DNA of 5,007 nucleotides. Source: Octopus sinensis (lineage: Eukaryota). Positions 1-5,007 of this stretch are shown piece by piece. The position numbers and the translations under genes are program-made. Position 1 is the stretch's first letter, and every line of letters begins with the position of its first letter. The notes beneath the pieces were generated by a model that worked only from the letters and a program-made list of their open reading frames with translations, was not told the DNA's origin and searched no databases. The DNA lies in assembly GCF_006345805.1 (NCBI RefSeq), contig NW_021830171.1:1-5007 (forward strand), written 5' to 3'.

Positions 1-5
1 AAGAG

Positions 6-34
6 ACACAGAAAAGAAACACAGAAAAGAAACA
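6..34 (+). repeat. 13-bp tandem repeat (ACACAGAAAAGAA) x2.2
   Basis: 6-18 and 19-31 are identical, followed by a partial ACA. Purine-rich and low complexity. Confidence 0.7.
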
Positions 35-60
35 AGGAGAGAAAAAATATATATATATGT

Positions 61-400
61 GCGCAGGCGTGTCTGTGTGGTGAGAAGTTGCTTCAGTCTC
101 GCTATATATGAATGGATTTGGTAAACGGAAACTGAAAGAAGCCCGTCGTATATATAAATATATATATATATATATATGTCTTAATGTGTGTGTTTGTGCC
201 TGTGTGTGACTCCCAGCACAGCTTGGCAATCGGCGTTGGTTTGTTTACGTCCGCATAACTTAACAGTTCGGCAAAAAACAGGATAAGTTCCAAGCTTTAA
301 AAAAAACGTACTGGTGCCGATTCGTTCAGCTAAAAGTTATTCAATGCGGTGCCCCAGCATGGCCGCAGTCTAGTGACTGAAAGAAGTAAAAGATACAAGA
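61..400 (+). mobile_element. tRNA-derived SINE family A, copy A1 (internal deletion including the B box)
   Basis: Head GCGCAGGCGTGTCTGTGTGGT (61-81) is identical to the reverse complement of 2122-2142. It then jumps to TGGATTTGGTAAACGGAAACTGAAAGAAGCCCGTCGT, a TA/TG tract and a 3' module ending GCGGTGCCCCAGCATGGCCGCAGTCTAGTGACTGAAAGAAGTAAAAGA, colinear with the reverse complement of 1748-2020. Confidence 0.9.
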
Positions 401-505
401 TGTGTGTATGTGTGTGAATGTGTGTGTATGTGTATGTGTGTGTATATGTGTGTGTATGTGTGTGCATGTGTATGTGTGTGTATGTGTGTGTATTTGTGTG
501 TGTGT
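401..505. repeat. (TG)n / (TGTA)n imperfect microsatellite
   Basis: ~105 bp alternating TG with periodic TA interruptions, directly after the A1 tail. Confidence 0.95.
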
Positions 506-573
506 GGTAAAATGTACGGAAAACGGGAAAAAATCCCACAAATGATGTGGAAGCGCTCATCCCTCATCAGATC

Positions 574-724
574 GGCTTCTTTCAGTTTCCATCTACCAGA
601 CCAACTCAAAAAGTTTTGGTTGGCTCAAAGCTATAGTAGAAGGCACTCGCGCAAGGTGCCACGCAGCGGGACTGAACCACAAAGCATGTCATTGCAAAGC
701 GAGTTTATAAACCAAAAGGCACAC
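574..724 (-). mobile_element. SINE family A, copy A2 (diverged 5' half)
   Basis: Reverse complement reads ...GGTTCAGTCCC (B box, 668-678) GCTGCGTGGCACCTTGCGCGAGTGCCTTCTACTATAGC...GGTAGATGGAAACTGAAAGAAGCC. Aligns to 1987-2135 and 3046-3195 with many substitutions. Confidence 0.88.
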
Positions 725-952
725 TTCTCTGCATTTTTTTTTCATCAATTTTATATTTAATACGAATCAAAAGATTATCGGACATTTTGCCAAATGCAAA
801 TGTTTTTATTAGATTTTAATTGCAATTTTAATTTCACTTAACTTCGATCTCTTTAAACTTAAATAAAATAAGAATTATTAATATAATGATTAAAGGAATT
901 TGTGATGTTTTATTGATGTTGTTTTTCTTCATTATTATTTTGCAAACGTACG

Positions 953-1276
953 AAGCAGCGAGCTGGCAGAATCGGTAGCACGCCAGGCGAAATGCTTATC
1001 GGCATTTCTGTCTGTTTTTACGTTTTTGGTTCAAATTCTGCCGAGGTCAACTTTGCCTTTCATCCTTTCGGGGGGTCGATATAACCGACTTAATCCGTTT
1101 GTCTGTCTTTGTTCTCTCTTTGTTTAGTCCATTGTGGGTAGTAAAGAAATAGGTCGACTTTGCCTTTCATCCTTTTGGGGTCGATAAATTAAGTACCAGT
1201 TACGCGCTGAGGTCGATCTAGTCGACTGGTCCCCTCCCCCAAAATTTCAGGCCTTGTACCTAAAGTAGAAAAAAAT
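953..1276 (+). mobile_element. SINE family B dimer (units B1+B2) with two internal deletions
   Basis: A box-like TGGCAGAATCGG (964-975), B box GGTTCAAATTC (1028-1038), central GCCTTTCATCCTTTCGGGG domain and tail X (TAATCCGTTTGTCTGTC...GTAAAGAAATAGGT). A second central domain and tail Y (CCCCTCCCCCAAAATTTCAGGCCTTGTACCTAAAGTAGAAAAAAAT) follow. Same module order as 2716-2999. Confidence 0.9.
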
Positions 1277-1280
1277 ATAT

Positions 1281-1498
1281 AAGGCAGCGAGCTGGCAGAA
1301 ATATTAGCACATCTGGCGAAATGCTTAGCGGCATTTCGTCTGTTTTTTACGCTCTGAGTTCAAATTCTGCCGAGGTTAACTTTGCCTTTCATCTTTTTGG
1401 AGTCAATAATTGAAGTACCAGTTGCGCACTGAGGTCGATCTAATCGACTTGCCCCCTCCCCTCAAAATTCCAGGCTTTGTGCCTTGAGTAGAAAAGAA
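1281..1498 (+). mobile_element. SINE family B full monomer (B3)
   Basis: AAGGCAGCGAGCTGGCAGAA head, GAGTTCAAATTC B box, central domain, tail Y ending GAGTAGAAAAGAA. Confidence 0.9.
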
Positions 1499-1694
1499 TC
1501 GGTAGCACGCCAAGCAAAATGCTTAGCGGCATTCCGTCTGTTTTTACGTTCTGGGTTCAAATTCAGGCGAGGTCGACTATGCGTTTCATCTAATGGGAGT
1601 CGATAAATTAAGTACCAGTTGAACACTGGGGTCGATTTCGACTTACCCCCTCCCAGAAATTGTTGGCCTTGTGCCGAAATTTAAAATCATTATT
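1495..1694 (+). mobile_element. SINE family B monomer (B4), slightly 5'-truncated, variant tail
   Basis: Starts AGAATCGGTAGCACGCCA (same as 968-985), then GGGTTCAAATTC B box, GTCGATAAATTAAGTACCAGTT, and tail GGCCTTGTGCCGAAATTTAAAATCATTATT. Confidence 0.88.
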
Positions 1695-1747
1695 TCATAT
1701 ACGCACAACAGAAAAGAAAACTTCCTAACATCTGGTTACAAGTGGTA

Positions 1748-2142
1748 TTCTTCTATTTGTTTCAGTCATTTGACTGCGGCCATGCTGGAGTACCGCCTTT
1801 TAGTCAAAGAAATCGCATCCAGGACTTACTCTTTGTAAACCAGGTACTTATTGTATCTGTCTCTTTTGCCGAACCGCTAAGTAACGGGGACGTAAACTCG
1901 CCAGCATCGTTTGTCAAACGATGGTGGAGGGACAAACACAGACACAAACACACAAATATATACATATAAATGTATATATACGAAGGGCTTCTTTCAGTTT
2001 CCATCTACCAAATCCACTCACAAGGCTTTGGTTGGTCCGAGGCTATAGTAGAAGACACTTGCCTAAGGTTCCTCAAAGTGGAACTGAACCCGGAACCATG
2101 TGGTTGGGAAGCAAGCTTCATACCACACAGACACGCCTGCGC
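1748..2142 (-). mobile_element. SINE family A, copy A3 (full length, ~395 bp)
   Basis: Reverse complement gives head GCGCAGGCGTGTCTGTGTGG, B box GGTTCAGTTCC (2080-2090), CCTTAGGCAAGTGTC (CORE-like), central TA/TG tract (~1932-1980), and a 3' module with CAGTC-AAAT-GACTG hairpin and A-rich end. Confidence 0.93.
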
Positions 2143-2524
2143 ATATATTATTATTTTAAAAAATTTTATTTTTATCTTTCTTCAAGAATTGAAATGAAAT
2201 AATTGTAAAATGTTTTAAATTATATAATTCGAAACATCAGATCGTAGAATATTAAAGAATATTGTTCTTTTGCTTTGAAGGAAATAGTTATGCGTTTCTT
2301 AGAAGAAATCGATATATCGAACTGCTAAAGGAATTTTAATTTTAACGAATTTTAATGATTCCTTAAATTCGACTCTTACCAATAAATTCAGTAATTTTAT
2401 TTAATACTAGCAAATTACCCGTCATATGATGGTTGATGTTAGACGTCATTTTTGCTCCCATGGGTAATTTGATAAAAGTTAACGGACACCAACGACAATA
2501 AGAAAATAAGAACTTCATTTTAAT

Positions 2525-2647
2525 GTCGTAAGTGTGGCTGTGTGGTAAGAAGGCTGCTTCCCAACCACATGGTTCCGGGTTCAGTCCCACTGCGTGGCAG
2601 CTTTGTTAACTGTCTCTACTATAACCTCGGACTGACGGAGTCCTTGT
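2525..2647 (+). mobile_element. SINE family A, copy A4 (5' ~120 bp, intact Pol III A and B boxes)
   Basis: A box-like TGGCTGTGTGG (2535-2545) and B box GGTTCAGTCCC (2578-2588). Colinear with the reverse complement of A3/A5 up to ...CCTTGT. Confidence 0.9.
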
Positions 2648-2710
2648 ATTTACTTATCCTACGTTTGGTGTTCAAATCTCGTTGGAATAGCTTTTCATTT
2701 TCTGAAGCAC
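2646..2710 (+). mobile_element. Degenerate SINE family B fragment
   Basis: GTATTTACTTATCCTACGTTTGGTGTTCAAATCTCG...GCTTTTCATTTTCTGAAG resembles GTATTTCGTCTGCCGCTACGTTCTGAGTTCAAATTCCG...GCCTTTCATCCTTTCGGGG (2834-2904). Confidence 0.6.
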
Positions 2711-2715
2711 TCCGT

Positions 2716-2999
2716 CGGGGTCGATAAATTAAGTACCAGTTACGCACTGGGGTCGATATAATCGACTTAATCCGTTTGTCTGTCCTTGTTTGTCCTCTCT
2801 GTGTTTAGCTCCTTGAGGGTAGTAAAGAAATAGGTATTTCGTCTGCCGCTACGTTCTGAGTTCAAATTCCGCCGAGGTCGACTTTGCCTTTCATCCTTTC
2901 GGGGTCGATAAATTTAGTACCAGTTGAGTACTGGGGTCGATATAATCGACTGGCCCCCTCTCCCAAAATTTCGGGCCTTGAGCCTAGAGTAGAAAAGAA
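2716..2999 (+). mobile_element. SINE family B dimer (B5+B6), 5'-truncated, well conserved
   Basis: CGGGGTCGATAAATTAAGTACCAGTTACGCACTGGGGTCGATATAATCGAC plus tail X (to ~2835), then a restart at GGTATTTCGTCTG with B box, central domain and tail Y ending GAGTAGAAAAGAA. Many CpGs are retained. Confidence 0.92.
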
Positions 3000-3022
3000 C
3001 ATATTATGATTGATATAATCGA

Positions 3023-3203
3023 TATATATATGTATACACACGATGGGCTTCTTTCAGTTTCCGTCTACCAAATCCACTCACAAGGCTTTGGTCGGCCCGA
3101 GGCTATAGTAGAAGACAGTTGCCCGACGTGCAATGCAGTAGAACTGAACCCGGAACCATGTGGTTGGTGAGTAAGCTTCTTACCACACAGCCACGTCTGT
3201 GCC
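3023..3203 (-). mobile_element. SINE family A, copy A5 (5' half, ending in the central TA/TG tract)
   Basis: Reverse-complement A box-like TGGCTGTGTGG (3183-3193) and B box GGTTCAGTTCT (3140-3150). 3040-3200 is closely colinear with 1980-2140. Confidence 0.92.
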
Positions 3204-3212
3204 TATTTGCCA

Positions 3213-3252
3213 ATATATGTGTGTGTGTGTGTGTGTGTATGTGTTAGTGTGT
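3213..3252. repeat. (TG)n microsatellite
   Basis: ATATAT followed by about ten perfect GT units and a degenerate TG tail. Confidence 0.9.
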
Positions 3253-3456
3253 TGTGAAATAACACCACACCCTCTTCGCGAATCTCGGTATATCTTGGTC
3301 GGTTTTGATTAATGAATGGAAGACACTTTAATCCGGCGATTACCAGTCGATCTCGCGTTTCCGTAATCCTGTTTATTGTTGTCATCAACTGCCACACCCT
3401 GACAAATCAGTCAACGAAAACCAAATGACAAAAATCAACGAAAATTTCTCAACCCC
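3250..3456. promoter_or_regulatory. Unique CpG- and motif-rich island, possible cis-regulatory element
   Basis: Non-repetitive within the window, 12 CpGs. Contains CCACACCCT x2 (3265-3273, 3392-3400), TGATTAAT (3306-3313), ATTGTT (3375-3380) and TGACA x3. The regulatory role is inference only. Confidence 0.25.
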
Positions 3457-3457
3457 A

Positions 3458-3494
3458 CTGCTGCTGCTCCTCTCCTCTCCTCCTCCTCCTCCTC

Positions 3495-3533
<39 letters not shown>

Positions 3534-3609
3534 CTACTACTACTGTTGCTACTGCTACTAATGTTATTGCTGCTACTGATACTAATAACAACTACAACAC
3601 CACTGCTAA

Positions 3610-3649
<40 letters not shown>

Positions 3650-3691
3650 AATAATAATATTAATAATAATAAAAATAATAATAATAATAAT
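3458..3691. repeat. Compound trinucleotide microsatellite (CTG/CCT/ACT/GCT/AAC/ATT/AAT)
   Basis: (CCT)6, (ACT)11, mixed triplets, (ATT)12 at 3611-3646, interrupted (AAT)n at 3647-3691. Confidence 0.95.
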
Positions 3692-3837
3692 CCTTTCTCT
3701 TATAGGCACAAGGCCTGAAATTTGCGGGGACGGGGTAAGTCAATTACATCGACTCCAGTGCGTAACTGGTACTTAATTTCCTTACCCCGAAAGGATGAAA
3801 GGTAAAGTCGACCACGGCAGAATTTGAACGCAGAACG
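3691..3837 (-). mobile_element. SINE family B monomer (B7), 5'-truncated, with (ATT)n tail
   Basis: Reverse complement: CGTTCTGCGTTCAAATTCTGCCGTGGTCGACTTTACCTTTCATCCTTTCGGGG...AATTAAGTACCAGTTACGCACTGGAGTCGATGTAATTGAC...GGCCTTGTGCCTATAAGAGAAAGGA, running into (TTA)n. Confidence 0.9.
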
Positions 3838-3867
3838 ATTTGGGTAGGGAGGGTTAAACAGCAATGT

Positions 3868-3930
3868 CACCACCACCATCACCGCCACCCCACAACTACT
3901 ACTAATATTACAGTATATCATCACCATCGT
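3868..3930. repeat. Degenerate (CAC)/(ACT)/(CAT) triplet tract
   Basis: CACCACCACCATCACCGCCAC...ACTACTACT...CATCACCAT. Confidence 0.7.
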
Positions 3931-3945
3931 CTCAACTAGATTATG

Positions 3946-4008
3946 GTGTGTATATATATATATATATATATATGAGTGCGTGTATATATATATATTATAT
4001 ATGAGTGC

Positions 4009-4047
<39 letters not shown>

Positions 4048-4280
4048 TGTATATATATATGTATATATATATATTTATATACATATATGTATATATATAT
4101 GTATATATAGATATATATATATATATTATATACATATATGTATATACATATATATGTATATATATATATCTGTGTATCATATATACACACGTATATATAT
4201 ATATACATATATATGTATACATATATACATATACATATATGTATGTATAACATATATGCCTGTATATACATACACACACG

Positions 4281-4330
<50 letters not shown>

Positions 4331-4467
4331 CATACATATATGCATGTATATGCATATGTATATATATATATATATATGTATATATATAATATATACACGT
4401 ATATATATATATACACATATATACCATATACCATGTATGTATGTATGCATATATAATATATATGTAT

Positions 4468-4499
<32 letters not shown>

Positions 4500-4501
4500 A
4501 T
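3946..4501. repeat. Long degenerate (TA)n microsatellite with CA/TG interruptions
   Basis: ~555 bp of near-continuous purine/pyrimidine alternation. Source of all the Ile/Tyr-rich ORFs here. Confidence 0.97.
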
Positions 4502-4505
4502 AGAT

Positions 4506-4537
4506 GAGAAGAGAGAGAGAGAGAGAGAGAGAAGAGA
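4506..4537. repeat. (GA)n microsatellite
   Basis: Eleven perfect GA units at 4511-4532 with degenerate flanks. Confidence 0.95.
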
Positions 4538-4698
4538 TCTTCCCTACCGTTTTTTCTTTCTCGTCTCCTTCCTTCTTATTCCTTTACTAAATTCTCTACC
4601 GTACTGGGTTTTTCTTCTTTCTTTTCCGCCCCATTAACTCGTTTTCCATCTTCACCTTTCTATTTTTACCTTTCATTTTCTTCCTTTGATTCAAATGA

Positions 4699-4840
4699 CT
4701 ATCTATCTATCTGTCTGTCTGTCTGTCTGTCTTTCTGTCTGTCTCCAATTCTCTCCTTCTCTCTCTCTGTATATATATATATATATATATATCCACACAC
4801 ACACACAAAAAAAAATATATATATACACCCATCTATCTAT
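4699..4840. repeat. Compound microsatellite (CTAT)3(CTGT)n, (CT)n, (TA)n, (CA)n, poly-A, (CTAT)
   Basis: CTAT x3 at 4699-4710, CTGT x5 at 4711-4730, CT 4751-4768, TA 4770-4792, CA 4794-4807, then an A-run, TA and ATCT units. Confidence 0.93.
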
Positions 4841-5007
4841 CATGTTTGCTTTTATTCTTTTATTCTTTTTTTGATTTGTCCACATTCATTTCTTACCTTC
4901 CAACTTTCTTTCCCCCCTTCTCTTCCTCCCTACATATCTATATCTACTCACACAAACACACGTTTTTATTTTTGACATATGCTCTTTTGTTATTGTTAGT
5001 TTTTGTT

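Noticed and set aside
102-760. ORFs 102-293, 330-560, 341-541, 370-609, 404-760
   Set aside because: Lie almost entirely in SINE copies A1/A2 and the TG microsatellite.
953-1694. CRISPR-like or integron-like array of palindromic repeats
   Set aside because: Units are ~125-220 bp and homologous along their length with no unique spacers. They carry Pol III boxes in a eukaryotic context, with no cas or integrase gene.
61-2142. DNA transposon/MITE bounded by 21-bp terminal inverted repeats
   Set aside because: The inverted match is the heads of two opposed SINE A copies, with homology continuing internally. No transposase and no convincing TSD beyond TA-rich sequence.
2309-2448. Short palindromes (TCGATATATCGA 2309-2320, CCGTCATATGATGG 2419-2432), GAATTTTAAT direct repeat and CRE-like GACGTCA
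   Set aside because: Short and expected by chance in AT-rich DNA, with no supporting context.
2525-2597. Functional tRNA gene
   Set aside because: A/B boxes are present but I could not build a convincing cloverleaf, and the sequence continues into the SINE body shared with other copies.
1742-2727. ORFs with recurring peptides (e.g. ELNPEPCGWEA, ASFSFHLP, DCGHAG) that look like a gene family
   Set aside because: The recurrence reflects translation of the same SINE sequence. Frames are not preserved between copies.
3203-3397. 64-aa minus-strand ORF over the unique island
   Set aside because: Non-ATG start, no recognisable domain, and ends in a CA repeat. A small exon cannot be excluded but is unsupported.
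3385-3776. Mucin-like or signal-peptide-like ORFs (poly-P/T/I/N, poly-V/G, poly-L)
   Set aside because: Homopolymer runs from pure triplet repeats, some ending inside SINE B7. No splice or codon evidence.
3841-3855. G-quadruplex at TGGGTAGGGAGGG
   Set aside because: Only three G3 tracts.
3606-3910. CTAATATTA at 3606-3614 and 3902-3910 as a TSD for B7
   Set aside because: Low complexity, and the right copy is ~65 bp from the recognisable SINE end.
3936-4885. Multiple Ile/Tyr/Cys/Val/His-rich ORFs up to 163 aa
   Set aside because: Translations of (TA)/(TG)/(CA)/(CTGT) repeats that lack stop codons by construction. Open in many frames on both strands with no domain.

Overview
Non-coding, AT-rich eukaryotic DNA with no credible protein-coding gene. 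It is probably intronic or intergenic sequence from an octopus/coleoid cephalopod, based on my recall of these SINE families (not database-checked). About half the window comes from two tRNA-derived SINE families. Family A has five copies (61-400 +, 574-724 -, 1748-2142 -, 2525-2647 +, 3023-3203 -): Pol III A/B-box head, CCTTGGGCAAG CORE-like stretch, central TA/TG microsatellite and a 3' module ending in a stem-loop. Family B (Pol III head, GCCTTTCATCCTTTCGGGGTCGATAAATTAAGTACC central domain, two alternative tails) occurs as a four-unit head-to-tail array (953-1694), a decayed fragment plus a dimer (2646-2999) and a minus-strand copy (3691-3837). The rest is microsatellite (TG, a compound trinucleotide tract, ~555 bp of degenerate TA, GA, CTAT/CTGT), AT-rich spacer and one ~200 bp unique CpG- and motif-rich island (3250-3456). 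All supplied ORFs are explained by microsatellites or SINE sequence. I found no new gene system. The most interesting points concern SINE architecture, inverted SINE pairs and the candidate regulatory island.
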